DNA from: an uncultured Candidatus Binatia bacterium
GTDB lineage: Bacteria; Desulfobacterota; Binatia; UBA9968; JAJDTQ01
Assembly: GCA_965242525.1 (NCBI GenBank)
Contig: OZ251459.1
Location: 384,001 to 448,000 of the forward strand
Length of the DNA stretch: 64,000 nucleotides
Reading direction: 5' to 3'
Positions 30,671-40,470 of this stretch are shown here, piece after piece. The position numbers and the translations under genes were made by a program. How positions within the stretch are numbered: position 1 is the stretch's first letter; the number at the start of each line of letters is the position of its first letter. The notes beneath the pieces were generated by a model. It saw only the letters and a program-made list of their open reading frames with translations. It was not told where the DNA came from and did no database searches.

Positions 30671-30704
30671 CGCCGCGGACCTGTACGCAGGGGATCCCAC
30701 CATC

Positions 30705-30742
30705 CCGTTCGTCCTGAGCGTAGCGAAGCGAAGTCGAAGGAC
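30705..30742. repeat. 38-bp REP-like unit
   Basis: CCGTTCGTCCTGAGCGTAGCGAAGCGAAGTCGAAGGAC. Confidence 0.85.
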
Positions 30743-30780
30743 GCGCTCTTCGTAACCCCTGACTCCCGAAAGGACCCCTC

Positions 30781-31263
30781 ATGCCCGACCTCATTACCCT
30801 CGGACGACCCCTTGGCGAGCTGCTCAAGGAGAAGGGACAGACCGTCGCGGTGGCCGAATCCTCCACCGGCGGGTTGGTCTCCGCGGCGCTGCTGGCGCTG
30901 CCCGGCGCCTCGGCGTACTTCGTGGGCGGCGGCGTGATCTACACCCGGCACGCCCGGTCAGGGCTGTTGCTGATGCCCGAAAGCGAGGCGACGGCGCGAG
31001 GCAGCACGGAACCCTATGCGCTGCGCACGGCCCGGCTGGTCCGGGAGCGGTTGCACGCCACCTGGGGGCTGGCGGAAAGCGGCGCCGCGGGTCCTTCCGG
31101 GAACCGTTACGGAGACGCCCCGGGGCACAGTTGCATGGCGGTCGCGGGACCGGTGGAGAAGGCCGTCACCGTGGAGACCGGCCAAGCGGACCGGGAAGCC
31201 AACATGTGGGCCTTCGCCAGGGCCGCCCTGGACCTTCTGGAGGACGCGGTCCGGTCGGGTTAG
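30781..31263 (+). CDS. CinA C-terminal / PncC-like protein
   Basis: VAVAESSTGGL, PGASAYF, SGAAGP. Confidence 0.88.
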   Translation: MPDLITLGRPLGELLKEKGQTVAVAESSTGGLVSAALLALPGASAYFVGGGVIYTRHARSGLLLMPESEATARGSTEPYALRTARLVRERLHATWGLAESGAAGPSGNRYGDAPGHSCMAVAGPVEKAVTVETGQADREANMWAFARAALDLLEDAVRSG

Positions 31264-31517
31264 GGAACGTCGGAGCCATTCCGGTTCGAGTGCCATCTCC
31301 CATGGGAAAGGGCGTCCTTCGACTTCGCTTCGCTACGCTCAGGACGAACGGAGTTTTTCGCGATGCTACGCTCAGGACGAAGAGGGGCCTTCGCTTCACA
31401 GTCCGATTCCCTCCGCTTCGCGATCCGATTCCCTCCCCCCTCGAGGGGGAGGGTCAGGGTGGGGGGCGCCCGCACCGACGGACCTGGGACGAACGAGGAC
31501 CGTCGTCCAGGGTTTCC
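31264..31517. repeat. Degenerate MITE/REP cluster: 38-bp unit at 31314-31351, partial unit at 31365-31381, and a second palindromic REP type at 31431-31466
   Basis: GTCCTTCGACTTCGCTTCGCTACGCTCAGGACGAACGG; CCCTCCCCCCTCGAGGGGGAGGG palindrome; lies between convergent genes. Confidence 0.7.
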
Positions 31518-31567
31518 TCGGGCGAACTCGTCCCGTTCCGGCCGAACCCTGTTCCGACAACGCGCCC

Positions 31568-32851
31568 CTATTCCGACAACGCGCGGAGCACCGTGCGGCT
31601 GACCTCGAACAGCCGGTGGTCACGGCAGCGCCGCCCGATTACTTGCAGCCCCACGGGCAGACCGGTGGGCCCCTCGAACACCGGGAGGGTGACGCACGGC
31701 GCGTGGGTCCAGGTGGCGAGTATGTTGAAGGAGGTGTCCCCGGTGTCGTCCAGTCCTTCGGGGGCTTCCCCGGTGGCGCCCGGAGTCAGGAGCGCGTCGA
31801 AGTCCTTGGCCGCCTCTTCCAGGTAGGCCCTGCACGCGGCCACCACCCGCTCCCCCTCCCGGTACTCCTCGTAGGAGACCTTCGGCCAGTCGGCCAGCTT
31901 GCCTTGCTGGAACTCGCTCAGCCGGTGGAAACAGTGGTTCCGTTCCCACGACAGCGCGCGTGCGAGCTCGTACTCGCTGACCCGGCGGCCCATGGTCTCG
32001 AAATCGGCGAAGGGGCCGCCCAGGTCCAGGTCCGACACCTTGGCGCCGGCTCTGGCGAGCCGCGCCGCGGCCCCTTCCACCAGCGCCCTGGTGTAGTCCC
32101 GGGCCCGATCCCACAGGGGCGTGCGGCACAACCCGATGCGCAGGTCCCGGACCGCCGCCGGAGCGAGGGGTTGGAGCGGAGCGCCGGTGACCGCCGCCCG
32201 GAACCGCGGCAGGTCCTCCACCGAACGGCCGAAGAGCCCCACCGTGTCGAAAGACGCGGTGTTCTCCTTGACGCCCGACGTGCTGACCTCGCCGTAGCTC
32301 GGCTTGTAACCCACGCAGCCGCAATAGGACGCGGGACGGATGACCGACCCCAGGGTCTGCGTGCCGAAGGCCATGAACGCCATGAAGTCCGCCACCGCCG
32401 CGGCCGAGCCGCTGGAGGAGCCGCCCGGGGTATGCCCCGGGTGGTGGGGGTTCCTGGTCTTGCCGGGATGGCGGCTGGCGAACTCGGTGGTGACGGTCTT
32501 GCCCAGCAGGACCCCGCCCGCGGCCAGGGCCAGGGCCACGCACGCGGCGTCGGCCCGGGGCCGGTAGCCGTCGTAGATGGGCGAGCCGTAGCCCGTGGGC
32601 ATGTCCGCGGTGTCCATGATGTCCTTGACCGCGAAGGGAACGCCGTGCAGCGGGCCGCGGCGGGAGGCCCGGTCGCGCTCCCGCGCCTGGGCCAAGGAGT
32701 AGTCGGGGTCCAGGTGGACCCAGGCTTCCACCTGGGGTTCCCGCTCCCGGATCCGCTCCAGGCATGCGGCCGTCAGCGCCTCGGAGGTCAGCGCGCCCCG
32801 GTCCATCCGTTGGATGGCTTCGCTGGCGGAGAGTCGGCAGGGGTCGTTCAT
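31568..32851 (-). CDS. Amidase signature family protein
   Basis: GPLHGVPFAVKD, GKTVTTEFA, PGGSSSGSAAAV, GTQTLGSVIRPASYCG. Confidence 0.93.
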   Translation of the reverse strand: MNDPCRLSASEAIQRMDRGALTSEALTAACLERIREREPQVEAWVHLDPDYSLAQARERDRASRRGPLHGVPFAVKDIMDTADMPTGYGSPIYDGYRPRADAACVALALAAGGVLLGKTVTTEFASRHPGKTRNPHHPGHTPGGSSSGSAAAVADFMAFMAFGTQTLGSVIRPASYCGCVGYKPSYGEVSTSGVKENTASFDTVGLFGRSVEDLPRFRAAVTGAPLQPLAPAAVRDLRIGLCRTPLWDRARDYTRALVEGAAARLARAGAKVSDLDLGGPFADFETMGRRVSEYELARALSWERNHCFHRLSEFQQGKLADWPKVSYEEYREGERVVAACRAYLEEAAKDFDALLTPGATGEAPEGLDDTGDTSFNILATWTHAPCVTLPVFEGPTGLPVGLQVIGRRCRDHRLFEVSRTVLRALSE

Positions 32852-32916
32852 GGTCGGGTTCCTCCGGTTCGGGTCGTGGTCGAAGGAAGCTATTCGAACG
32901 CCGCGTTCCTTGTCAA

Positions 32917-33100
32917 GGAAACTCCGAACAATTGCCCCGTTCGTCCTGAGCGCAGCGAAGCGAAGTCGAAGGACGCGCGCGGTGTGTGTAGTCCTGCCAC
33001 CGGCGAACGCACCGTTCGTCCTGAGCGTAGCGAAGCGAAGTCGAAGGACGCGCTTTCCCATGTGGAGAGGCGCTTCGAGCCGGAATTGTTCAGAGGTTCC
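32917..33100. mobile_element. MITE with IS5-like TIRs containing two REP-like units
   Basis: TIRs GGAAACTCCGAACAATT / AATTGTTCAGAGGTTCC; TSD TCAA at 32913-32916 and 33101-33104; units at 32937-32974 and 33012-33049. Confidence 0.78.
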
Positions 33101-33250
33101 TCAAGGCGCGCCCCCGTCCGCAACCGGCCAAGGGTCTTCTGCCCGATCCGGCTTGACATCCCGCCGCGGGAACCATAGGGTCTGGAACCACGCTCGTCCT
33201 GCATGGGAGCGTACCGAGGCCGTCAACTCCGGACCACACGGGAGGACACC

Positions 33251-34291
33251 ATGACCAGGAAACTCGCGTTGGCGTTTTTGGCTCTGGGCACGGCGGTGGC
33301 CTTGTCCGGGGCCGCGGCCCACGCCGCGACCGACAACTTCTTTGCCGGCAAGACCATCCGCATCGTCGTGGCCTATTCGCCCGGCGGCGGGTTCGACGCC
33401 TACTCGCGCATGCTCGCGCGCCACATGCCCAGGCACATCCCCGGCAACCCCACGGTGGTGGTCCAGAACCGTCCGGGGGCCGGCGGCCTCATCAGCAGCA
33501 ACTTCCTCTACAACAAGGCTAGGCCCGACGGCCTGACCATCGGCAACTGGATCGGCGGGCTGATCCTGCAGCAGTACCTGGGGAACAAGGGGGTCCGCTT
33601 CGACGCGGCCAAGTTCGAGTGGATCGGCGCGCCGGTGCGGATCCACAACGTGTGCATCGTCACGCGGCAGAGCGGCATCCTCGACGTGGACAAGTGGCGC
33701 GCGGCAAAGGAGCCGGTGAAGCTCGGCGGCGGCCGGCCCGGCTCCACCACCTGGGACATCCCGCGCATCCTCATCAACCACACGGACCTTCCCACCCGGC
33801 TCATCGAAGGCTACGGCGGCACCGCGCCGGTGCGGCTGGCCGCGGAGCGGGGGGAGCTGGCCGGCGTGTGCGCGAGCTGGGAGGGACTCAGGAACCCCTG
33901 GGCCGCGGCCCTGGCCAAGGGCGACGTGAAGGTGGTGCTGCAACTGGTGGACAAGCCCCACCCGGACCTGGCCAAGGTCCCCCTGGCCAGGGACATCATG
34001 AAGTCGGACGAGGGCCGGCTGGTGCTCAAGACCGTGGTCCACGACATCGGCGGCTCCCTCAACCGTCCGTACTCGCTGCCCCCGGGCACGCCCCGGGACC
34101 GGGTGATGATCCTGCGCCGGGCCTTCGACGCCGCCATGAAGGCCCCCGAGCTCCTGGCCGAAGCCCGGAAGTCCAGGTTCGACGTCAACCCCGTCTCCGG
34201 CGAGGAAGTGGAGCGGCTCGTGGCCGACATCGCCAAGCTGCCGCCGGAGTTGATGGACACCATCCGGAAGACCTTCGCGCCGAAACGGTAA
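33251..34291 (+). CDS. Tripartite tricarboxylate transporter substrate-binding protein (Bug/TctC family)
   Basis: Signal peptide; YSPGGGFD, NRPGAGG, PDGLTIG, PPGTP. Confidence 0.9.
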   Translation: MTRKLALAFLALGTAVALSGAAAHAATDNFFAGKTIRIVVAYSPGGGFDAYSRMLARHMPRHIPGNPTVVVQNRPGAGGLISSNFLYNKARPDGLTIGNWIGGLILQQYLGNKGVRFDAAKFEWIGAPVRIHNVCIVTRQSGILDVDKWRAAKEPVKLGGGRPGSTTWDIPRILINHTDLPTRLIEGYGGTAPVRLAAERGELAGVCASWEGLRNPWAAALAKGDVKVVLQLVDKPHPDLAKVPLARDIMKSDEGRLVLKTVVHDIGGSLNRPYSLPPGTPRDRVMILRRAFDAAMKAPELLAEARKSRFDVNPVSGEEVERLVADIAKLPPELMDTIRKTFAPKR

Positions 34292-34371
34292 CGGGCGCCG
34301 CGGGCGGGAAACGGGGGGAGGGAGCTTGACTCAGGGCGCCTCCCCCTGTTTCATTGGCGGTGGTTCGACCA

Positions 34372-34998
34372 ATGGCTCGCGCTTCGGGACTGGCGTACAG
34401 CATTCACACGCCGCGGCTCATCCTCCGTTGCTGGCATCCCACGGACGCCACCCTGCTCCAGAGAGAGATCAACGACAACCTCGACCACCTGCGCCCGTGG
34501 ATGGACTGGGCGCTGCAGGAGCCGGAGACCCTCGACATGAAGACGGAGCGGCTGCGGCGGTTCCGGGACGACTTCCTTGCCCGGCGGGACTTCGTTTACG
34601 GCATATTCGCCGCGGGCGGGGTCCGCATCGTGGGGGGCACGGGACTCCACACCCGGGAGAACAAGGACGCGCGGGAGATCGGCTACTGGATCGGCCGCGC
34701 CTACAGCGGCAAGGGGCTGGCCACCGAGTCCACCGGGGCGTTGACCCGGGTGGCCTTCGAGATCAACCGGGTGGAGCGGGTCGAGATACGCTGCGACCCG
34801 CGCAACCGGGCCAGCGCCCGGGTGGCGGAGAAACTCGGCTTCCTCCACCGGACCACGCTGTACGGCAACAAGACCGATGCCGCGGGGGAGTTGCGGGACA
34901 CCATGGTGTGGGCCATGGACGCTCAAGAGTACCCGGGCAGCCGCGCGTCCGCCGCGTCGGTCGCCGCGTACAGCCGGGCCCGGATACGCATCCTGTGA
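34372..34998 (+). CDS. GNAT N-acetyltransferase (RimJ/RimL family)
   Basis: TPRLILR, EIGYWI...GKGLATE, NRASARVAEKLGF. Confidence 0.9.
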   Translation: MARASGLAYSIHTPRLILRCWHPTDATLLQREINDNLDHLRPWMDWALQEPETLDMKTERLRRFRDDFLARRDFVYGIFAAGGVRIVGGTGLHTRENKDAREIGYWIGRAYSGKGLATESTGALTRVAFEINRVERVEIRCDPRNRASARVAEKLGFLHRTTLYGNKTDAAGELRDTMVWAMDAQEYPGSRASAASVAAYSRARIRIL

Positions 34999-35076
34999 CC
35001 GCCGCGGCCGCAGCGTCCCGCCCCTTCGCCCCGCGGTCGCATCTCACCCCAGCCAGGGAGAGGGGGAGAAACGCAG

Positions 35077-35284
35077 GGAAACCCCGGATGATTGGACGGG
35101 GGACATGAGCGCGTCCTTCGACTCCGCTTCGCTACGCTCAGGACGAACGGGGATCAGGACGCGCAGGGGTGGGAGTGCGAATAGCGGCGACGTATTCCGG
35201 CTGCAAGCGAGATCAGGACGCGCAGGGATAGGAGAGTCAGGGTGAGGGATTTCGTCTTCCATGCCTCGATTGTTCGGGGTTTCC
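35077..35284. mobile_element. MITE with IS5-like TIRs and a REP-like unit
   Basis: TIRs GGAAACCCCGGATGATT / GATTGTTCGGGGTTTCC; TSD GCAG at 35073-35076 and 35285-35288; unit at 35113-35150. Confidence 0.75.
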
Positions 35285-35291
35285 GCAGAAG

Positions 35292-36422
35292 CTACCGGAT
35301 GCCGTACAGCCGCGCCGCGTTGTCCGCGGTCAGGCGCCGGCGCATGGTCTCGCTCAGGCCGCCCATGGTCTGCTCGATGAACTCGCGGGAGTCGGGCCAC
35401 ACCCCGTCCCGGTGGGGGTAGTCCGACGCCCAGCAGAAGTTCTCCGGGGCGTATTCTTCGGCCAAGTGCGCGCCCACCTTGTCGTCCTGGAACGTGGCCC
35501 ACATCTGGCGCCGGAACAGCACGCTGGGGGGCGTGCGGATCATGCCCTCGTACTCGCCTTCCCGGAACTTGGTGTCCAGGCGCTCCAGCACGTAGGGGAT
35601 CCAGCCGATGTGGCTCTCGGCCATCACCACCTTGAGGGCGGGATGGCGCTCCAGGGCGCCGCACAGGAGGATGGACACGAGGCACTCGTCGGCCTGCATG
35701 GCCACCACCGCGAGGTGGGCCTGGTAGGAGACCTTGGGGATGTTCCGGCGGAGCTTCTCTTCGGCGTTCCTGGGGCCCACGGTGGTGGTGCCGTGCCCCG
35801 CGCCGATGTGGAAGGACAGGGCCACTTCCTCCTCCTCGGCCGCGGCCCACATGGGCTCCCACATCTCGTGCCAGACGGGCGCGGGGCCGTTGAAGAAGTC
35901 GAACAGCGCGCCCTTGAGGCCCAGGCCGTTGCGCCCCACGCGGCGGATCTCCCCGGCTGCGGCCTCGGGCGAATGGGCGGGGACGTCCGCGATGCCGATG
36001 AAGCGCTGGGGGTCGTGCGCGCAGAACTCGGCGATGAAGTCGTTGTAGGCCCGGTAGGTGGCGGTGACCACGTGGGGGTCCTCGATGCTGTCCTCCACGA
36101 AGCGGATGCCGTAGATGACCTCCGCGGCGATGCCGTCCATGTCCAGGTCCCGGGCCCGGAGCTTCGGGTCCGACGGATGGGTGGGCTCCCAGCCGGCTTC
36201 GCGCATGCGCCGCCCCCGGTGGTTGGTCATGGGCTGCCGCCCCATCCACGCCCGGTGTCCGCCCATGACCACGCCGTCGCCGACCCACGTGGGCTTGCCG
36301 TCCACCATGCGCACGTTGGGCACGCGCTCCTTCATGCTCGCCGGCGCCCGGGACGTGAAGGTGTCCTCGTCGAGGTAGAACAGGTCCATGTGTCCGTCGG
36401 CAGAGATCACTCGGTCGCTCAT
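35292..36422 (-). CDS. Amidohydrolase_2 family protein
   Basis: VISADGH, AYNDF, SFHIG, WASDYPHRD. Confidence 0.9.
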   Translation of the reverse strand: MSDRVISADGHMDLFYLDEDTFTSRAPASMKERVPNVRMVDGKPTWVGDGVVMGGHRAWMGRQPMTNHRGRRMREAGWEPTHPSDPKLRARDLDMDGIAAEVIYGIRFVEDSIEDPHVVTATYRAYNDFIAEFCAHDPQRFIGIADVPAHSPEAAAGEIRRVGRNGLGLKGALFDFFNGPAPVWHEMWEPMWAAAEEEEVALSFHIGAGHGTTTVGPRNAEEKLRRNIPKVSYQAHLAVVAMQADECLVSILLCGALERHPALKVVMAESHIGWIPYVLERLDTKFREGEYEGMIRTPPSVLFRRQMWATFQDDKVGAHLAEEYAPENFCWASDYPHRDGVWPDSREFIEQTMGGLSETMRRRLTADNAARLYGIR

Positions 36423-36642
36423 GGTGGTTCCCTCCGTCCCTCGGCCTTCCATGCGCCGCATGACGCAGGCCGGCCCGCCCCGGCAGGCCCGGTCGATGGC
36501 CATGCCTCTTTCGGGCCAAATCTATTGCCTGACGGGTCGGACTGTCAAACTGGACATCCGCGGCCATTTCGTCTAAGTCCCGGGGATTGGCGGGCGGTTC
36601 GAGGACCGGCCGCCGGTCCACCCAAGGAGGTCGAGGGCAACG

Positions 36643-37236
36643 ATGGCAGAGTTGGTCGATCCGCTGCGGCACCACGATTGGAATTCGGAAGAGTACGTCG
36701 AGGACTGGGCGAACCGCCAGAGGGTGAACGAGACCCTGAGGAACCGGCAGTTCACGCTGCTTGCCGGGCTCGTGCCCATGGGACGGGAAGACCCTTTCCG
36801 GTTCATGGACGTGGGCTGCGGTTACGGCGCCCTCAGCCGGTTCCTGCTCGAACACTTTCCCGGCGCCACCGCGGTGTGCCACGACGGCTCGGCCGCCATG
36901 GCCAAGCTGGGCGGCGAACGCATGAGGCATCTGGAAGGGCGGTTCGAGTACGTGATCTCCGACTTCAGCAAGAGGGACTGGAGCCGGGCGGCCGAGGGCG
37001 AGTTCGACCTCGTGGTCTCGTGCAACGCCATCCACAACGTCCGGCTCGGCCCCGTCATCGAGGCGGTGTACGAGGAGATCTTCGGGCGGGTCCGTTCGGG
37101 CGGACGGTTCTTCAACCTCGATCGGGGCTCCGCGGTCCAGGACCAGCTCGACTGGTTCCGGAGCGCGGGGTTCCAGGACGTGGAGTGCCACGAAAAGGGC
37201 TCGGGGCTCTCCCTCTACGGCGGCGCCAAGCCCTGA
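36643..37236 (+). CDS. Class I SAM-dependent methyltransferase
   Basis: MDVGCGYG, FDLVVS, AIHN. Confidence 0.88.
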   Translation: MAELVDPLRHHDWNSEEYVEDWANRQRVNETLRNRQFTLLAGLVPMGREDPFRFMDVGCGYGALSRFLLEHFPGATAVCHDGSAAMAKLGGERMRHLEGRFEYVISDFSKRDWSRAAEGEFDLVVSCNAIHNVRLGPVIEAVYEEIFGRVRSGGRFFNLDRGSAVQDQLDWFRSAGFQDVECHEKGSGLSLYGGAKP

Positions 37237-37258
37237 CGTCCCCGGGGCGCCTTGCTCC

Positions 37259-38434
37259 ATGACCGGAGCGCAGGTCGGCAACCTCGCGCTGTTGTACGGC
37301 ACCACCCTGCTCATGAGCCTGGGGCAGGGCATGGTGTTCCCCACCATCCCGCTGCTGGCGTCGTCCTTCGACGTGTCCGCGGGCCTCGCGGTGCAGGTGG
37401 TCACGGCCCATGCCCTGGGCCGGACGGTCTCGCTCATCCCCGCGGGTCTCCTCATCGACCGGTACGGGACCAGGACCGCCATGTTGGCAGGGGGGTCCCT
37501 GGTGCTGTCCGGGGCGTGGTTGACGGCCGCCACCCCTTACCTGGGCTTGCTCTTCCTGGGGCAGTTCCTGGCCGGGGTCGGCGAAAGCGTCTGGACCATG
37601 GGGCGCGAGGTCTCCGGCGTCCAGTCGGTGACGCAGGACCAGCGCGGGCGCCTGCTGAGCGGCTTCATGGGGGTGAAGTCCGCGGGCATGGCCATCGGAC
37701 CGGTGGCGGGCGGCGTCATCGCGGAGTGGGCCGGGTTCCGGACCGTGTTCGCGGCCTATGCCGGGGCCGCGGCCCTGGTGCTGCTCACGTCGCTCTTGTC
37801 CGGGAAGGACGCGGCCCGGGGCGCGGTGGGCAAGCTCTCCTGGTGGGGCAAGGTCTCGGACGTGGCCCCCGGCTTGCGGCCCACGTTCGTGGCGCTGGTG
37901 GCCGCGACCTTCGCCATGCAGATGTACCGCACCACGCTGCAAGGCATGCTGCCGCTCTACGCGGGCGTCGAGTTGGGCTTTTCCGCGGCGCGGGTGGGCC
38001 GCCTGTTCGGCGTGTCCGGCCTCTTCGTCCTGCTCATGATCCTGCCCGCGGGCCTCATCACGGACCGGGTGGGCCGCAAGTACGCCAGCGTTCCCAGCAC
38101 CGCGCTGCCCGGGGTGGCCTTCCTCGCCTTTCCCCTTGCCTCGACCCTGCCGCAGCTCATGGTCATCATGATCCTGGTCGGCCTGGCCCAGGGCATGTCC
38201 CTGGGGGCCCTGTCCGTTTCCACCTACGACGTGATACCCGATTCCGCCCGGGGACGGCTCCAGGGGCTCCGCCGCACCGTGGGCGAGTCGGGCGCGGTAG
38301 TCGGCCCGCTCGTGGGCGGTTGGCTGGCCCACCTGTTCAGCGCCGGCCGGACGTTCCTCTTCTATGCGCCGCTCCTGCTGGCCGCGGCCGCGGGTTTGGC
38401 CTTCGTGGCCAAGGAGACACTGGTGAGGAAGTGA
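37259..38434 (+). CDS. MFS transporter
   Basis: About 12 hydrophobic segments; GLLIDRYG and GLITDRVGRK motif A. Confidence 0.92.
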   Translation: MTGAQVGNLALLYGTTLLMSLGQGMVFPTIPLLASSFDVSAGLAVQVVTAHALGRTVSLIPAGLLIDRYGTRTAMLAGGSLVLSGAWLTAATPYLGLLFLGQFLAGVGESVWTMGREVSGVQSVTQDQRGRLLSGFMGVKSAGMAIGPVAGGVIAEWAGFRTVFAAYAGAAALVLLTSLLSGKDAARGAVGKLSWWGKVSDVAPGLRPTFVALVAATFAMQMYRTTLQGMLPLYAGVELGFSAARVGRLFGVSGLFVLLMILPAGLITDRVGRKYASVPSTALPGVAFLAFPLASTLPQLMVIMILVGLAQGMSLGALSVSTYDVIPDSARGRLQGLRRTVGESGAVVGPLVGGWLAHLFSAGRTFLFYAPLLLAAAAGLAFVAKETLVRK

Positions 38435-38472
38435 GGCGGAGTTGGCGGAGGGGTCCGGGAAGCCGCGCCCGC

Positions 38473-38715
38473 CTAGATCTGCTTGGGTTGGCGGCTTGGC
38501 GCGGTTTTGGTGAAGCCCTCGAACAAGCCTTCCAGTCGCGCCATGCGTTCCCGGAGGTCGCTGATGTCCCGGCGCACGTCGGTGACTTCCAGGCGTACGT
38601 CCTTGATTTCCTGGCGCATGGCCCGTTGGCCCGGGACGATGACGGCCGCCAGGGCGATGGCGGTTCCGACGATGGTCAGGACGATGGTCGCCGTGGTTAT
38701 GAGGTCGCGTCTCAT
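38473..38715 (-). CDS. Small membrane-anchored coiled-coil protein
   Basis: N-terminal TM then heptads EIKDVRLEVTDVRRDISDLRERMARLEG. Confidence 0.7.
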   Translation of the reverse strand: MRRDLITTATIVLTIVGTAIALAAVIVPGQRAMRQEIKDVRLEVTDVRRDISDLRERMARLEGLFEGFTKTAPSRQPKQI

Positions 38716-38816
38716 GGGTCCACGTTACCGCCGGACGGCGGGGGTGTCAAGGTCGAGGGAGGCAGAGCCTATACCGGGCATGTCTCACTCTGGCCGCTGC
38801 CGCGGCGCTCCTGTTC

Positions 38817-38866
38817 GCCGCGGACTTGTCCTTCGCAGCCAGGGAGACGCTGGCGAGGAAGTGAGG
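38817..38866 (+). repeat. Degenerate copy of the MFS gene 3' end (38387-38436)
   Basis: 42 of 50 nt identical, including GAGGAAGTGAGG with the stop codon. Confidence 0.75.
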
Positions 38867-38942
38867 GGCCAAGCGGCGCGATGCCCCGATGTTCGATGCT
38901 TCACGAACGTCGGACGGCCCGGGCGTTTCCCGTTTCGCTTCA

Positions 38943-39050
38943 GGAACCCCTGATCGATCAGGACAGGGGGCATGAGCACATCCTTCGACTCCGCTTCGCT
39001 ACGCTCAGGACGAACGGGACAGGAGGGTGTGTCTCGATTGTTCAGGTTCC
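38943..39050. mobile_element. Short MITE with a REP-like unit
   Basis: GGAACCCCTGATCGATC ... GATTGTTCAGGTTCC; unit at 38980-39017; flanks TTCA/CTCA. Confidence 0.65.
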
Positions 39051-39051
39051 C

Positions 39052-40050
39052 TCACCGTACCCGCCGTCCACGCGCGGTGAGCCGGTATTTCTGGTTCCTG
39101 TGGGTGGGGGATTCCGGATGGGTCATCTCCACCAGCCCCGCGGACATGGCCGGACCCAGGTAGTTCTTGCGGAACGTGGGACGATGGGACAGCCCCATGT
39201 CCGCCATGAGTCGAGCCGCGGTCTTCGGGCCTTTCCGCAAGGCCGCGAGCAGCCGTGCTTCCTGGTCGCTTACCTGGTCGCTTGCTTGGTCGCTCGGCGT
39301 GGGGACCCGCAAGGCCTCGAGGATGGTTTCCAGCATGAACTCGATGAACCGCGTGCTCTCGCCGTCCGCCGAACTTTGCCGGATGGCCTCATAGTAGTCG
39401 TGTTGGCGTGCGTGGACCAGGCTCTCCACCGGGACGTCGGCGAACAGCGCCTTCCATCGGGTCAGGATCACGGTCTGCCAGAGTCGTCCCATCCGCCCGT
39501 TGCCGTCCTCGAAAGGGTGGATGAACTCCAACTCGTAGTGGAAGACCGAACTGGCGATGAGCGGATGCTCGTCGGCGCCGTCCAGCCACGTCAAGAGGCC
39601 GGCCATGAGCTCCGGCGCCCGCTCTGCGGGCGGGCCTATGTGGTGGACTTGGCCGGCGCCCATGACGCCTACGTTGGTACGACGGTATCGTCCCGGGGCG
39701 TCCAGCAGTCCGGTCATCAATATCCGGTGGGCGTGCAGAAGGTCGGCTTCGCTGGCCGGGTTCCAGTTCCGATATCGATCGTAGGCATGGATGGCGTTGC
39801 GGGCTTCCTGCACGTCCTTCGGCGGGGCGATGACGGGCTTGCCGTCCAGGATCGTCGAAACCTGCTGCTCGCTGAGGATGTTGCCTTCGATGGCCAGTGA
39901 GCCGTGAACCGTACGGACGCGGTTGATTCGCCGCAAGCGCAAGTCCCGCGCCACGCCCGCGGCCTCCGCCTGGCCGATGGCTTCACCGATCTGCACGACG
40001 CGGGACAGGATGGCCGGCGTGATCGTGTATGGGGGTTTGTCGGAGGGCAT
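39052..40050 (-). CDS. Fic family protein with a C-terminal HTH
   Basis: SLAIEGN inhibitory-helix motif; HPFEDGNGRMGR Fic motif. Confidence 0.93.
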   Translation of the reverse strand: MPSDKPPYTITPAILSRVVQIGEAIGQAEAAGVARDLRLRRINRVRTVHGSLAIEGNILSEQQVSTILDGKPVIAPPKDVQEARNAIHAYDRYRNWNPASEADLLHAHRILMTGLLDAPGRYRRTNVGVMGAGQVHHIGPPAERAPELMAGLLTWLDGADEHPLIASSVFHYELEFIHPFEDGNGRMGRLWQTVILTRWKALFADVPVESLVHARQHDYYEAIRQSSADGESTRFIEFMLETILEALRVPTPSDQASDQVSDQEARLLAALRKGPKTAARLMADMGLSHRPTFRKNYLGPAMSAGLVEMTHPESPTHRNQKYRLTARGRRVR

Positions 40051-40135
40051 GGCGGTCGGTTGCCGTTCAGCGGCGTCCTGCCTTGGACCAATTCTCCAGA
40101 TGGACTTTGCCATGCCTGGGGACTAAAATCACCCC

Positions 40136-40399
40136 ATGAGCGGCGCGATCCTGTTCGATACCCACGCGTTCGTGAAGGGCCTGACCGAAGCCGGTATGCC
40201 CGTGGAGCAGGCCGAGGTGCTGGCGCGCTCGCAGGCCGGCCTCATCGACGAAAGGCTGGCCACCAGACGGGGCATGGAGGAACTGGAAATCAGCCTCCGC
40301 CGCGAGATGAAGGAGTTGGAGTTGCGGCTGACCATACGCCTCGGCTCCATGATGGCGGCGGCCGTCGGTGTGGTGGCCGTGCTGGTGAAGCCCCTGTAA
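40136..40399 (+). CDS. DUF1640/CCDC90-like small coiled-coil membrane protein
   Basis: FDTHAFVKGLTEAGMPVEQAE...LATR...LTIRLG plus C-terminal TM. Confidence 0.85.
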   Translation: MSGAILFDTHAFVKGLTEAGMPVEQAEVLARSQAGLIDERLATRRGMEELEISLRREMKELELRLTIRLGSMMAAAVGVVAVLVKPL

Positions 40400-40470
40400 C
40401 CGACGTCACGACGGAGGACGACCGTGGGGCTGTCGAGGGCAAGGGATGCTTCGCATATCCCGGGTCCATC

